64,000 nucleotides of DNA. Source: Deinococcota bacterium. GTDB taxonomy: Bacteria; Deinococcota; Deinococci; Deinococcales; Thermaceae. Shown here one piece after another: positions 31,302 to 41,840 of the stretch (positions within the stretch are counted from its first letter, which is position 1; the number at the start of each line of letters is the position of its first letter). Below the pieces are notes generated by a model. It had not been told where the DNA came from. It was given only the letters and a program-made list of their open reading frames with translations, and searched no databases. The DNA is taken from the NCBI GenBank assembly GCA_041695225.1, contig JBGFRI010000037.1, forward strand, positions 61,647 through 125,646. The letters run 5' to 3'. Made by a program: the position numbers and the translations under genes.

Positions 31302-33581
31302 CTAGGCCGAACGGGCTTTGGCTGCGGTCTTGCGCTCCAGTTCACGGGTCTTGTACCAGACCACCAGCGCCGAGACCACATAAATTGAGGAATAGACTCC
31401 CACCATGAAGCCGACCAGAATGGCCAGGGCAAAGTCGCGCAGCACCGGGCCTCCTAAGAACAACAGCGAAAGCAGGGGCAGCATGGTGGCCAGCGATGTC
31501 ATCAAGGTGCGCGAGAGGGTCTGGTTAATGGAGGTATTGACAATCTCGTAATACGAGCGACCCCGCATCAGCTTAAGGTTTTCCCGTATCCGGTCGGAAA
31601 TGATTACCGAGTCGTTGAGGGAAAACCCCACAATGGTAAGCAAGACCGCCACCGTGGGGATGGAGAACTCGAGCCCCAACAGGCTGTACATGCCGGCCAC
31701 GATGGCCACGTCGTGCCCGACAGCTATAACGCTCGCTACCCCAAACACCCAGTCGAAGCGGAAGGCCACATACACCAAAATGAGGGCCAGACCGACCAGC
31801 ACCGCCAGAATAGCGCTGGTGCGAAGCTCGGCCCCAATGGCCGGGCCAACCGTCTCGGACTGGAGTACAATGGCATCTAATCGCTCGCGGAACTGGTTTT
31901 CTAGCGCAATTCGCTGGGCTTCTTCCAACTGGCCCACCCGGACCGAGAACTCGTTGCCGGTAACGCCGCCCAGGGTAGTAATAATGGCGTCGGCCCCGCT
32001 TATGCCTGCTATTCCGCTCTGATCGAGGAATTGTCGAATGTTTTCGGCCCGCACCTCATCGGCCACCCGCACCGTAAAAGCAGTTCCTCCGGTGAAATCT
32101 ACCCCAAAGTTGAAACCCTTGGTAAAGATGATTCCGGTAGCAATTAGCGCGGTTACCAGCGAAAAGATGCTCACCTGACGTGAGATACCCATGAAATCAA
32201 TCTTGGTACCCCAGAGCCAGTAAGGCGGCCTTACCTCGCGGCGGTCGCCCATTACCTCGAGCATCCAGCGGCTGGTAATCAGGTTGGAGAATACCGATAC
32301 GATCACGCCTAGGGCCAGCATCACCGCAAACCCCCGCACGGGGCCGGTGCTGTACTGGTAAAGGGCGGCGGCGGCCAGCAGATGGCAGAAATTTACGTCC
32401 AGGATGGTAACAATGGAGTGTGAAAAACCGCTCGGAATGGCCTGGCGGAACTTCTTGCCCAGCTTTAACTCTTCCTTGATGCGTTCAAACGACAGTACGT
32501 TTCCATCTACCGCAGCGCCCAGAGAGAGTATCAGGCCAGCAATACCCGGCAAGGTAAGGGTAACCCCCAGCATCGAGATTGCGGCCAGCATCAGAATCGA
32601 GGTGTAGATCAGACCCAGGGCCGCGACCATGCCCATCCAGAAACCATAGTAGGCAAAGATCAGCGAAAACAGCAGGATGGTGCCGATAATGCCGGCCATA
32701 ATGCCAGCCCGGATGGCATCCTGGCCCAGGGTGGGGCCAATGGCGCGGGTCTCGGCGACATCCAGCTCTACCGGCAGCGAGCCCGAACGCAGCACCAGAG
32801 CAATATCGGAGGACTCCTGTACGCTGCCCAGGCCCTCGATGACCGCGCGCCCACCCCCGATGGCCTGGCGGATGGTGGGAGCGGTGAATACCCTGTCGTC
32901 GAGTACCACTGCCAGCTGGCGGTTGACATTGGCCCGCGTGGCCTCCTCAAACTTTCGGGCCCCCTCGGGGGTAAACTCCATGTCTACCTGTGGGCGGCCA
33001 AACTGGTCGAAAGAGGCGTTGGCGGTGCGCAGATCGGTTCCGGTGAGTAGCGGGGGTCCCAGATCGGTCAGCCGGAGCAGATTTCGCTCGAGCTCGGCCC
33101 GGCGCTCGGCCAGGGCAGCCCCGGTCAGGCCGGAGGCCCGCAGGATCTCGTTAATCTGGGCCACGGTCATGCCCTGTGCACCCTGGTTCACAATGCGGAA
33201 CTCGAGGCGGGCAGTCTGGCCGATCAGGTCGAGGGCGCGTTCTTGCTGCTCGGGGGTGAGACCTGGCAGCTCCACCACGATGCGATCGTAGCCCTGTACC
33301 TGTACCAGCGGCTCGGCCACCCCAATGGCGTTGACCCGGTTTTCAATTACGGTTCGGGCCACATCCAGATTGGTTCTGGCAATCTGGGGGTCGGGGTCGG
33401 GGTCAACCGCCTTGAGGGTTACACGCAAGCCGCCCTGCAGGTCGAGGCCCAGCCGAATCAGACCGTCGGCGGGCAACAAAGGGTTTTGTGGGTCGCGGGC
33501 TTCCAAGGGCCGGAAAAGCCCGATAACTGCTGCAACTAACAGCAGTAAAAGTATGGTTCCTGTCCAGGCGCGTTTACTCAC
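31302..33581 (-). CDS. secDF: Fused protein translocase subunit SecDF
   Basis: LGLDLQGG, IGPTLG, AVDGNV..FERIKEE, GVDFTGG, SLNDSVIISDRIRE. Confidence 0.97.
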   Translation of the reverse strand: MSKRAWTGTILLLLLVAAVIGLFRPLEARDPQNPLLPADGLIRLGLDLQGGLRVTLKAVDPDPDPQIARTNLDVARTVIENRVNAIGVAEPLVQVQGYDRIVVELPGLTPEQQERALDLIGQTARLEFRIVNQGAQGMTVAQINEILRASGLTGAALAERRAELERNLLRLTDLGPPLLTGTDLRTANASFDQFGRPQVDMEFTPEGARKFEEATRANVNRQLAVVLDDRVFTAPTIRQAIGGGRAVIEGLGSVQESSDIALVLRSGSLPVELDVAETRAIGPTLGQDAIRAGIMAGIIGTILLFSLIFAYYGFWMGMVAALGLIYTSILMLAAISMLGVTLTLPGIAGLILSLGAAVDGNVLSFERIKEELKLGKKFRQAIPSGFSHSIVTILDVNFCHLLAAAALYQYSTGPVRGFAVMLALGVIVSVFSNLITSRWMLEVMGDRREVRPPYWLWGTKIDFMGISRQVSIFSLVTALIATGIIFTKGFNFGVDFTGGTAFTVRVADEVRAENIRQFLDQSGIAGISGADAIITTLGGVTGNEFSVRVGQLEEAQRIALENQFRERLDAIVLQSETVGPAIGAELRTSAILAVLVGLALILVYVAFRFDWVFGVASVIAVGHDVAIVAGMYSLLGLEFSIPTVAVLLTIVGFSLNDSVIISDRIRENLKLMRGRSYYEIVNTSINQTLSRTLMTSLATMLPLLSLLFLGGPVLRDFALAILVGFMVGVYSSIYVVSALVVWYKTRELERKTAAKARSA

Positions 33582-33705
33582 AGTTTATTTCCTATAAGGG
33601 GTTAAGGGCTTGAAGTGAAAAGTTATCCAGCAGCGCAAACCTTAGAGCCGCCAGTGAGCGGGGTCTGCACCAAACCCCAGACTTACCTGGCTGCTCCGCG
33701 GCCTT

Positions 33706-34029
33706 TTAGCCGCCATCGGACTGGATTCGAACGTAAATCAGATAGAGCCGCTGACGCTTGATGGGGGGAGTATAGGGTTGGACTGGAATGCGTAGCACCG
33801 ACCGCCGTGAGGATGAGACCCCGGCAATGCAGAGCGCTACCAGACCCAGGATCAGGGCACTAAACTTGCTCTTTGACTCGGTAATTTGCTGTGGAAGAAG
33901 GGCGGCGCTCCAGTCCAGGGCAAAGGCCGCACCGGGCCTGGGGCTCTGGGGCGACCAGGCCAGCCCCGGCCCCAGGCCGACCACGGCCAGGGTTATGAGG
34001 ATTAACCAGCGCTGCCAGGACAGAAGCAT
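33706..34029 (-). CDS. Small exported/membrane ORF upstream of secDF (candidate regulatory leader)
   Basis: 107 aa with an N-terminal signal-like segment and a second hydrophobic segment; GGGAGG SD and TAGAAT upstream. Confidence 0.7.
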   Translation of the reverse strand: MLLSWQRWLILITLAVVGLGPGLAWSPQSPRPGAAFALDWSAALLPQQITESKSKFSALILGLVALCIAGVSSSRRSVLRIPVQPYTPPIKRQRLYLIYVRIQSDGG

Positions 34030-34136
34030 AGCCTCCCTATTCTAGAGCTTTTTTCGGTTCTTGAACAGCTCCCGCAGTATTCTCCCTAGCATCCGACACC
34101 TAAGCCTGATGACGAGGCGACATCTTCAAGAGCCTG

Positions 34137-34226
34137 ATGGAGTAGGCCCTTTCATCTTCGGCCATGCTATCTTCCTAATCCATGGAGTAGGCCCATTCGT
34201 TTTCCGCCCTGCTATCGTCCTATGCA
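34137..34226. repeat. Degenerate 45-bp tandem duplication
   Basis: ATGGAGTAGGCCC.TTC.T.TTC.GCC.TGCTATC.TCCTA at 34137 and 34182. Confidence 0.75.
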
Positions 34227-34572
34227 CGGGTCAAGCCTCGCGGGAATGAGTTTTCCATGAGCCCCGCGCACCCGTAGCGACGAAACCCAAGGGAGTTTCT
34301 TGGTAGGACATAGATTAATCACTCTCGTCCTCGGCAAGTCCATGGCCCAGTACGTACCCTGGCGGGCACAGGGAAATAGCCTCGGCCCTTCTTGGTTGTT
34401 AATTCCTCTCCGAGCTAGTCGTACTAGCCCCTGGCAGGGTCATCCTGTAAGCCTGCGGACTGCCGGGTTATCACCAGATTTGTCGAACCAAGCCTGGGGG
34501 TAGGGGAGTGGTCTGGAGCAGATCAAGCAGGCGCTAAGTCTGCTGTAGCCAGCCACTTAGGACCCATGGCCC

Positions 34573-36306
34573 TCAATCCGTGGCCACCTCTACCTGTTGA
34601 CTGGCCTCGAGTACATCGCCCTCCTGAAACTCGGTAAAACCTTCTAACAAGATGCCGCACTCCAGACCCTGGGCCACCTCGCGGACATCGTCCTTGACGC
34701 GCTTGAGGCCCTCGATCTTGCCTTTCCAGACCTCCTTGCCTTTGCGCACCACCCGGATGTCGGCGCCGCGGGAAATCTTGCCCGAGGTCACCATGCAGCC
34801 CGCAATTACCCCGCGTGAAAGATTAAAGATGGCCCGCACCTCGGCGGTACCCAGGACTTCCTCTTTGAACACCGGCTCTCGCTGCCCCTTGACCATCTTG
34901 CGAATCTCGTCAATTAGCTCGTAGATAATGCGGAAGGTTTGTAGCGGCACGCCCTTCTGCTCGGCCATTTTCTTAACTGAGCCGCTGGGACTGACGTTAA
35001 ACGACAAGATGGCCCCATTGGCGGTAGAGGCCAGCAGCACATCCGACTCACTGGGGGCGCCTACCCCGGCCAGCAGCACGCTAATTTTTACTTCCTCGCT
35101 GGACTCCCTGGCCAGGATGTTCTGAATGGCCTCGAGCGAGCCCTGGGTATCGGCGCGCAGGATCAGATTTATCTCTTTTTGTTCGGCCGCCTGGGTCTGG
35201 CGTAACAGGTCGGCCAGGTTGCGCGCCCGGCCCAGTTCGGCAGCGCCCTGGCTGGCCTTGCGTTCTAAGATTCGCTCCTCGGTAATTTCTTTGGCCGCTA
35301 CCTGATCGGGCACCCAGGTAAAGGTATCGCCAGCAAAGGGCAGCTCGGAAAAACCCAATACCTGTACGGCGCTGCCGGGGCCGGCCTCGCTGCGCCGGAT
35401 GCCCTCGGCGTCCAGCATGGCTTTAATTTTGCCCCAGTGCTCACCGGCCACCACAAAGTCGCCAATTTTAAGGGTGCCTTGCTGTACCAGCAGGCTGACC
35501 AGGACCCCGGCCTGCTTGTCCACCCGGGCTTCCAGGATCACCCCCTGGGCTTCGGCCCTGGGGTCGGCCCGCAGGTCTTCGAGCTCGGCGGTCAGCAGGA
35601 TGGTCTCGAGCAGGTCGGCGATGCCCTGACCGGTCCTGGCCGAGATGGGCAGCACCTCGGCCTCGCCGCCATAGGCCACCGGGACGATGCCCATCTGCAT
35701 CAGGTCCTGATAGACCTTATTGATCTCGGCGCCCGGCAGGTCCATCTTGTTGGCGGCAAAGATGATCTTGGCTCCGGAAGCCCTGGCATGGGCGATGGCC
35801 TCTTTGGTCTGCGGCATGACCCCTTCCGAAGCCGCTACCACAATTACTGCGATATCGGCTACCCTGGCCCCGCGCTGGCGGATGGTAGTAAAGGCTTCGT
35901 GCCCGGGGGTGTCAATGAAAACCACACTCCCCCCCGCGGCGGCCCCGCGCGGCGCGGTCTTGACCTCAAAGGCCCCCACATGCTGGGTGATGCCGCCAGC
36001 CTCTTTTTCGGCCACCCGGCTTTTGCGCAGGTAGTCCAGCAGACTGGTCTTGCCGTGGTCTACGTGACCCATAATCACCACTACCGGGGGGCGATGGGGA
36101 ATGGCCCGGCGGGCTTCCTCGGCTTTTCGCGCGGCCTCGGCTACCTTCTGCTCGCCGATGAGTTCCTTTACGGCCCTGGCGGTCTCCTCCTCGAGGGTGC
36201 TGGCATGGGATTTGTAGGCCACCCCCATCTCGTCGAGGATTTTCAGCAGCTCGTCGTTGGACATGCCAAGCTCTTTAGCAAGCTGATAGATTCTGATTTT
36301 TGCCAT
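34573..36306 (-). CDS. infB: Translation initiation factor IF-2
   Basis: [35 protein letters not shown]. Confidence 0.99.
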   Translation of the reverse strand: MAKIRIYQLAKELGMSNDELLKILDEMGVAYKSHASTLEEETARAVKELIGEQKVAEAARKAEEARRAIPHRPPVVVIMGHVDHGKTSLLDYLRKSRVAEKEAGGITQHVGAFEVKTAPRGAAAGGSVVFIDTPGHEAFTTIRQRGARVADIAVIVVAASEGVMPQTKEAIAHARASGAKIIFAANKMDLPGAEINKVYQDLMQMGIVPVAYGGEAEVLPISARTGQGIADLLETILLTAELEDLRADPRAEAQGVILEARVDKQAGVLVSLLVQQGTLKIGDFVVAGEHWGKIKAMLDAEGIRRSEAGPGSAVQVLGFSELPFAGDTFTWVPDQVAAKEITEERILERKASQGAAELGRARNLADLLRQTQAAEQKEINLILRADTQGSLEAIQNILARESSEEVKISVLLAGVGAPSESDVLLASTANGAILSFNVSPSGSVKKMAEQKGVPLQTFRIIYELIDEIRKMVKGQREPVFKEEVLGTAEVRAIFNLSRGVIAGCMVTSGKISRGADIRVVRKGKEVWKGKIEGLKRVKDDVREVAQGLECGILLEGFTEFQEGDVLEASQQVEVATD

Positions 36307-36320
36307 GCTGGCCTCCTGTC

Positions 36321-36614
36321 TCAGGTCGAAGGTCTGGGGCTTTTGACCTGTGACTCCTGACTTGTGATGCTTAGAACGGTCTGTAATGCCTGTGAAAGTT
36401 CGGCAGCTTTGGCCCCGGCAAAGCGGCGCAATTTTTTCTCGGCCCAGCACTCGGGTTTGTCGGGGCAGAGATAGGCCCCGCGGCCGGGCTTGCGCCCGGT
36501 GGGGTCCAGGACCGGGCCAGTTTGCGTAAGCACAACCCGCAGCAATTCACGCTTGGGCCTCTTTACCCGGCAGGCGATGCACTGGCGAATGGGGATGTGT
36601 TTAGTGGTCGGCAT
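36321..36614 (-). CDS. ylxR: YlxR/DUF448 RNA-binding protein
   Basis: PIRQCIAC, GRGAYLC; between nusA and infB. Confidence 0.92.
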   Translation of the reverse strand: MPTTKHIPIRQCIACRVKRPKRELLRVVLTQTGPVLDPTGRKPGRGAYLCPDKPECWAEKKLRRFAGAKAAELSQALQTVLSITSQESQVKSPRPST

Positions 36615-36625
36615 ACTGCCTCCGT

Positions 36626-36752
36626 GACAGGTCACAGGTCTCGGGTCAATAAGGTGTCCAAGGTCTAAGGTCTAAGGCCTTCGACTTTAGACATTCGACT
36701 TTCGACATCCTTTATTTCGACCTGCGACTTGCAACCTGAGACCTGCGACATG
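36626..36752. repeat. Inverted 7-bp arrays between nusA and ylxR
   Basis: CTAAGGT units then TCGACTT/GCGACTT/GAGACCT units. Confidence 0.8.
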
Positions 36753-36753
36753 T

Positions 36754-37938
36754 CTATTCCCCTTCGGTGAACAGGCTCTCGAAGCGCCTCTTGGCATCCT
36801 GCGAGACCTTTGGGCCCTCTTCCTTCTCGGCGGCTCTGAGCATAGCCGCGTCGAGATCGGTAATTTCGTCGGCTTCCTCGAAATCAATCTCAAAACCGGT
36901 CAGCTTGGAGGCCAGGCGCACGTTCTGCCCGGCCTTGCCGATGGCCAGCGAGTGCTGGTCCTTGGCCACCACCACCCTGGCGCGGCTTTTGCCATCGGGG
37001 GTGTCAGCAGCCTCGGTCACGATCTCACCTACGGTGGCGGGCGACAGCGCGTTGCGGATGAACTCCTTGGGGTTGGGGCTCCACTGGATAATGTCCACCC
37101 GCTCGCGGCCCAGCTCGGCCGAGACCAGCTGAATGCGCTGGCCCTTCTGCCCGATGCAGGCGCCAATGGGGTCAACATTGGGATTGTGGCTCATCACAGC
37201 AACCTTGGAGCGGCTGCCTGGCTCGCGGGCTATGGCTTTGACTTCCACAATGCCCTCGGCAATCTCGGGCACGTGCTGGCTAAGCAGATAGCGCAAGAGT
37301 TCTTCATTGGCGCGCGAGACCACCAGGCTGGGGCCTTTGGCCGAGCGCTGCACCTGCTTCAGGTAGACCCTAACCCGCAGGCCGGGGTGATAGCGCTCGG
37401 TGGGGATCTGTTCTTTCTGGGGCATCAGGGCTTCGCCGCGCCCAAGCTCGACATACACGTTGCCCCGGTTGTCCACCCGGGTCACGCTGCCGGTGACCAC
37501 CTCACCTTCTTTGTCTTTGTACTCGTTGTGTACCCGGGTGCGCTCGGCTTCCTTGAGGCGCTGGGTGAGCACCTGTTTGGCGATCTGCACCGCAATGCGG
37601 CTGAACTCCTCGGGGTCTACCGGGAACTCCATCTCCTCACCTACTGCTACCTCGGGGTCATACTTCTGGGCGGTGGCCAGGTCAATTTCCTTGTCGGGGT
37701 CTTGGGTGGTATCCACCACCCGCTTTATTTCCAGCACCTCGAGGCTCCCCTCCTGTGGGTCCAGGTGTACCTCGATGATGGGGCCTTTGCCTTCTTCCTC
37801 TACCTCTTTCTGACGAAAACCCTTCTGTCGCAGATAAGCCAGCCGCAGGGCCTCCTCGAAGTTGGAGATCAGTTCGTCGGAGGTGACCCCGCGTTCGTGG
37901 GCTACCTGAGAAAGGGCGTCTACAAAATCTTTATTCAC
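36754..37938 (-). CDS. nusA: Transcription termination factor NusA
   Basis: S1 and KH domains; [30 protein letters not shown]. Confidence 0.98.
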   Translation of the reverse strand: MNKDFVDALSQVAHERGVTSDELISNFEEALRLAYLRQKGFRQKEVEEEGKGPIIEVHLDPQEGSLEVLEIKRVVDTTQDPDKEIDLATAQKYDPEVAVGEEMEFPVDPEEFSRIAVQIAKQVLTQRLKEAERTRVHNEYKDKEGEVVTGSVTRVDNRGNVYVELGRGEALMPQKEQIPTERYHPGLRVRVYLKQVQRSAKGPSLVVSRANEELLRYLLSQHVPEIAEGIVEVKAIAREPGSRSKVAVMSHNPNVDPIGACIGQKGQRIQLVSAELGRERVDIIQWSPNPKEFIRNALSPATVGEIVTEAADTPDGKSRARVVVAKDQHSLAIGKAGQNVRLASKLTGFEIDFEEADEITDLDAAMLRAAEKEEGPKVSQDAKRRFESLFTEGE

Positions 37939-38011
37939 TGGTTGTTCCTCCTTGTCATATGCTTATAGCCGATAGCCAATAGCTGATAGCGAAGACGGCT
38001 TGAGCTATGGG

Positions 38012-38497
38012 TCACCTGGGTTTGTCCGGCCACTCGGCCAGGTTTGCCTTGAAGTTGCCGAGCTTTAGGGTGCGGGTCTGGCCGCCCTCGAGCACAAACT
38101 CCACCTCGTCGCCCCTGACCGGCCCCACCCGGCCGGTAAAGTTGCCCTCCTGGCTGCGCACCCTGGCCTTCAGACCGGCGAAGCGCTCAAAGTGACGGGC
38201 GGTGTAGAGCGGCCGCTCGGCCCCGGGCGACTCTACTTGCAGCAGATACCTCCCCTCAATTACCTCGTGCTGGTCCAGGTACCCAGAGAGGGTGCGGTTG
38301 GCCCGCTCGAGGTCGCTCACCGCAACCGGCGACTCGTCCTGGCGTTCAATTCGCACTAAAAACACCCTCTGGCGGCCCATCGGTTTGAGCTGGGCCTCCA
38401 GCACCTCGTAGCCGAGTGGCGACAAGACGCTTTGGGCCAGTCTGTCCAACTGCTCTGGGGGTGTTGTCTGCCCCGACTGGGGAGTGTCTGGTTCCAC
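38012..38497 (-). CDS. rimP: Ribosome maturation factor RimP
   Basis: YLLQVESPGAERPL; first gene of the nusA operon; GTG start after AGGAGG. Confidence 0.93.
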   Translation of the reverse strand: MEPDTPQSGQTTPPEQLDRLAQSVLSPLGYEVLEAQLKPMGRQRVFLVRIERQDESPVAVSDLERANRTLSGYLDQHEVIEGRYLLQVESPGAERPLYTARHFERFAGLKARVRSQEGNFTGRVGPVRGDEVEFVLEGGQTRTLKLGNFKANLAEWPDKPR

Positions 38498-38516
38498 TGG
38501 TTCACCTCCTTTTCTC

Positions 38517-38547
38517 CAAGAAAGAAGGGTGGGTTTGCAACCCACCC
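38517..38547 (-). terminator. rimP leader hairpin (weak intrinsic terminator or attenuator)
   Basis: Minus strand GGGTGGGTT-gca-AACCCACCC followed by TTCTTTCTT, just before the rimP SD. Confidence 0.7.
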
Positions 38548-38694
38548 CCTAAGAACCCTGGGAGAAAATACTAATGCTGAGTTTATCACCGTTTGGCGAG
38601 CGGGTAAAGTGAGGCAGGTTGCCAAAGCAGCTTTACCCGAAAACCCTGGGCTATGCCGTCCTGTCACCAGGGCTGGGGAGGACGTCTCGGAGTT

Positions 38695-38804
38695 GGCCCT
38701 AAAGCACTACCGAGGCGAGTTTCTAGTCAGCCTCAGGCTCGAGGCTACCTCGCTTTTTGAGGACTGGATGGTCGTGCAGCGGGAGCGCTACCGGCTGCTG
38801 GCGG
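38695..38804 (+). pseudogene. Fragment of a BTAD regulator paralog
   Basis: Ungapped 110-bp match to 43885-43994 with 15 mismatches by manual count; encodes ALKHYRGEFL...FEDWMVVQRERYRLLA. Confidence 0.85.
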
Positions 38805-38930
38805 AGGTGACGGGCGGGCTGACCGGCGGACAGAGCAGGAAGGCGGCACCCATGTGTCAGCTAAAGGGGATTGTGCCCTGTTACGAAAAGTCGGGCCTTG
38901 CGCACAAACCCCGACGTGTAGCAACAGACT

Positions 38931-38949
38931 GTAGGGTGCGGTACGCACC
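38931..38949 (+). repeat. GTAG-type REP
   Basis: GTAG-GGTGCG-gta-CGCACC hairpin. Confidence 0.8.
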
Positions 38950-38968
38950 GCTGCTTCCTGCAACATTA

Positions 38969-39280
38969 TCACTCGAGCCCCTTCCAGTAGGACTCCTCAA
39001 AGGAAATATCATCACCCCACCCGGCTTCATACAACCCCTTGCGAAAACACTGTCCAAAGCAAGAAATGTCAAAGGTCGAATGTCGAAGGTCAGTAGCAAT
39101 GCTCTAGACCTTTGACCTTCGGCTTTCGACAGCGCGCAGCGCTATGCCGAGCGAAATCCTGCGCATCTCTGATGCGGTGCTCCCAGAAGCGGCGTTGCCA
39201 CAGAGTGGATTCGTTGCGTTGCTTCCGGAATCTGGACAGTCGGCCTGGATCAAAGTAAAGATGCCCGATTCTCCGGCGAC
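38969..39280 (-). pseudogene. REP-associated tyrosine transposase (RAYT) remnant
   Basis: SRFRKQRNESTLWQRRFWEHRIRDAQDFARH plus a separate C-terminal piece FRKGLYEAGWG...E*. The HUH region and the catalytic YIxxNP region are missing; 7-bp arrays occupy those positions. Confidence 0.8.
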
Positions 39281-39446
39281 TAAAAAGGTCGAAAGTCAAA
39301 AGTCGACAGTCAAAAGACCTTCGACCTTAGACTTTCGACTTTAGACCTGGGACTTTAGACCTGGGACTTTAGACCTGCGACTACAAAGGTGGCCGGGTTG
39401 GGCATGGGGGGTGTGCTTACAAACTGGCTGGCGCTCCTGAGCTGGT

Positions 39447-39562
39447 GGTGCGTGCCGCACCCTACAAACTATCTCCGTTTCACCTGCACAGCACCCCGGC
39501 ATTCTCTTCTAAGGCGAGGTCAGGATGGTGCCTCTGAGCAGGTGGTGCGTGCCGCACCCTAC
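39447..39562 (-). repeat. Two GTAG-type REPs (39447-39465 and 39544-39562)
   Basis: Both read GTAGGGTGCGGCACGCACC on the minus strand, inverted relative to the REP at 38931. Confidence 0.85.
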
Positions 39563-39721
39563 AAACTACAAACTGACTCATCTTGCCTCCTCCCGAATCC
39601 ATTCCATCCGGCTGCGCGGCGCCCACCCCTCCCGTCGCGCGGGTGCCGCGGCTGCCGTGGGTGATTTGCGGCATTCCTGGCGTACTCCTGCCCAGCCATT
39701 GCTGCTCGTCACGGCCGAGGT

Positions 39722-41596
39722 CTACCGGATGAAGATCCCGTTCGGCCCCCTGAACTGGTTAAGGCCCGAGCCGTATGCGCCGAAAGTCGTCCACCCCGTA
39801 CCGGCCATGTCGTCCATGCGGACGATCCGGTGGTTGTCGGTGTCAGCCACGTAGATCCGACCGGCCCCATCCACGAAGACACTACGCGGCCAGTTGAACT
39901 GGTTAGGGCCCGTGCCCTCTGTGCCGAAACTCGTCCACCCCGCTCCGGCCATGTTATCCATGCGGACGATCCGGTGGTTGCCGCTGTCGGCCACGTAGAT
40001 CCGACCGGCCCCGTCCACGAAGACATTAGTCGGCCGTTGGAACTGGTTAGGGCCCGTGCCGAATGTGCCGAAACTCGTCCACCCCGTACCGGCCATGTCG
40101 TCCATGCGGACGATCCGGCTGTTGCCCTGGTCGACCACGTAGATCCGACCGGCCCCGTCCACGAAGACACCATCCGGGAATATGAACTGGTTAGTGCCCG
40201 TGCCCCCTGTGCCGAAACTCGTCCACCCCGCACCAGCCATGTCGTCCATGCGGACGATCCGGTGGTTGCCGCGGTCGCCCACGTAGATCCGACCGGCCCC
40301 GTCCACGAAGATACCAAATGGCCAGTAGAACTGGTTAGAGCCCCTGCCGAATGTGCCGAAACTCGTCCACCCCGTACCGGCCATGTCGTCCATGCGGACG
40401 ATCCGGTGATTGAGGAAGTCGGCCACGTAGATCCGACCGGCCCCGTCCACGAAGACACTAGTCGGCCAGGTGAACTGGTTATGGCCCGTGCCGCGTGTGC
40501 CGAAACTCGTCCACCCCGTACCGGCCATGTCGTCCATGCGGACGATCCGGTCGTTGAAGCGGTCGAGCACGTAGATCTGCGGCGCAGTCACACTGAGCGA
40601 CAGGGCTGCATGCCGGCTGATGCCTTCCGCAACCGCCCGCACCTGGATGGGGTAGTTGCCGATGAGGGCAGTGCTGTCTGCGCTGATCCTCAGTACCTGG
40701 TCAATGGGAGCCGTCCCGGTCACGTTCAGGCTGAGTGGGCTAAGCGTGACCCCCGCTGGTTCGCCGATCAGGCTCAAGGTCACCCCGCCAGTAAAGCCGT
40801 GCTGGGGGGTGAGGGTCAGGGTGGCGGTGCCGCTGCTGCCCTGGGCCACCGTCAGGCTGCTGGGGTTGAGGTTGAGGAGGAATGACGCTGGCGGTGGGGT
40901 CGAAGTCACGGTCAGGGTAAAGCTAGCCGTCTGCCACAAACTGCCAGAGACTGCCGCTACTGTCAACCGGTGTTCACCCAAGCCCACACCGGAGGCCAAC
41001 GCCACGGTCACAGGAGTAGTCACCGCAGCGGCGCTGGTCAGAACGGCTGCCCCACCGCTCAGGTTAATTCCGGCTGGGGGGTTTACCAGGCTGAAGTTGA
41101 CGATGCCGGTGAAACCGTGTTGCGGGGTGATGGTAGCAATGGTACTGGTGCTGCTGCCAGGCGTGGCGCTACCGGCTGCGGGCTCGAGGCTGAGGGTGAA
41201 GCTGGGTGAGGGAGGTGGCGCAGTCACGCTCAGGGTAAAGGTAGCCGTATGCCGCAGATTACCGGAGACTGCCGCTACTCTCAACTGGTGTTCAGCCAAG
41301 ACCGCCTCGGCAGTGACCGCAATGCCCATAGAGACTGTTACCGGATCGGGGCCGGTTAGATCAGCTGCCCCGCCGCTCAGGGTAATGCCGGCCGGGGGGT
41401 TTACCAGACTGAGGGTCACCAGACCGGTGAAGCCGTGCACCGGGGTTATGGTCGCAATGGTACTGGTGCGGCTACCGGGGGTAGCGCTACCGGCTGCGGG
41501 CTCGAGGCTCAAGCTAAAGCCCGGTGGCGGTGCCGGGGTACAGGCCGCCAGCAGCGCCGCCAGGCCCAGTACAGCCAACAGTAAGATGAGTTTCAC
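39722..41596 (-). CDS. Lipoprotein with three Ig-like domains and a 6-blade NHL beta-propeller
   Basis: Lipobox LAAC; three ~105-aa F.L.L.P...HGFTG repeats; six 48-aa NHL repeats with a 144-bp period. Confidence 0.9.
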   Translation of the reverse strand: MKLILLLAVLGLAALLAACTPAPPPGFSLSLEPAAGSATPGSRTSTIATITPVHGFTGLVTLSLVNPPAGITLSGGAADLTGPDPVTVSMGIAVTAEAVLAEHQLRVAAVSGNLRHTATFTLSVTAPPPSPSFTLSLEPAAGSATPGSSTSTIATITPQHGFTGIVNFSLVNPPAGINLSGGAAVLTSAAAVTTPVTVALASGVGLGEHRLTVAAVSGSLWQTASFTLTVTSTPPPASFLLNLNPSSLTVAQGSSGTATLTLTPQHGFTGGVTLSLIGEPAGVTLSPLSLNVTGTAPIDQVLRISADSTALIGNYPIQVRAVAEGISRHAALSLSVTAPQIYVLDRFNDRIVRMDDMAGTGWTSFGTRGTGHNQFTWPTSVFVDGAGRIYVADFLNHRIVRMDDMAGTGWTSFGTFGRGSNQFYWPFGIFVDGAGRIYVGDRGNHRIVRMDDMAGAGWTSFGTGGTGTNQFIFPDGVFVDGAGRIYVVDQGNSRIVRMDDMAGTGWTSFGTFGTGPNQFQRPTNVFVDGAGRIYVADSGNHRIVRMDNMAGAGWTSFGTEGTGPNQFNWPRSVFVDGAGRIYVADTDNHRIVRMDDMAGTGWTTFGAYGSGLNQFRGPNGIFIR

Positions 41597-41639
41597 ATAC
41601 CCTCCTTATGCGAGGAACTATTTTCGATAGCGCCGCCAC

Positions 41640-41765
41640 ACAGAGCCTGGGTGGCTGGGGTAGGGCCGGTCAGGTTCAGGCTGGCCCCACCCGGCTCGCA
41701 GGCCAGGCTCCAGGTGACCTCGCCGGTGAAGCCGTGCTGGTGGGCCAGAGTCAGGGTAGTGGCGC
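41640..41765 (-). pseudogene. Orphan Ig-like domain fragment between the two NHL genes
   Basis: ATTLTLAHQHGFTGEVTWSLACEPGGASLNLTGPTPATQAL, homologous to the Ig-like repeats of both neighbours. Confidence 0.75.
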
Positions 41766-41840
41766 CGCGGCTGCCGTGGGTGATTTGCGGCATTCCTGGC
41801 GTACTCCTGCCCAGCCTTTGCTGCTCGTCACGACCGAGGT

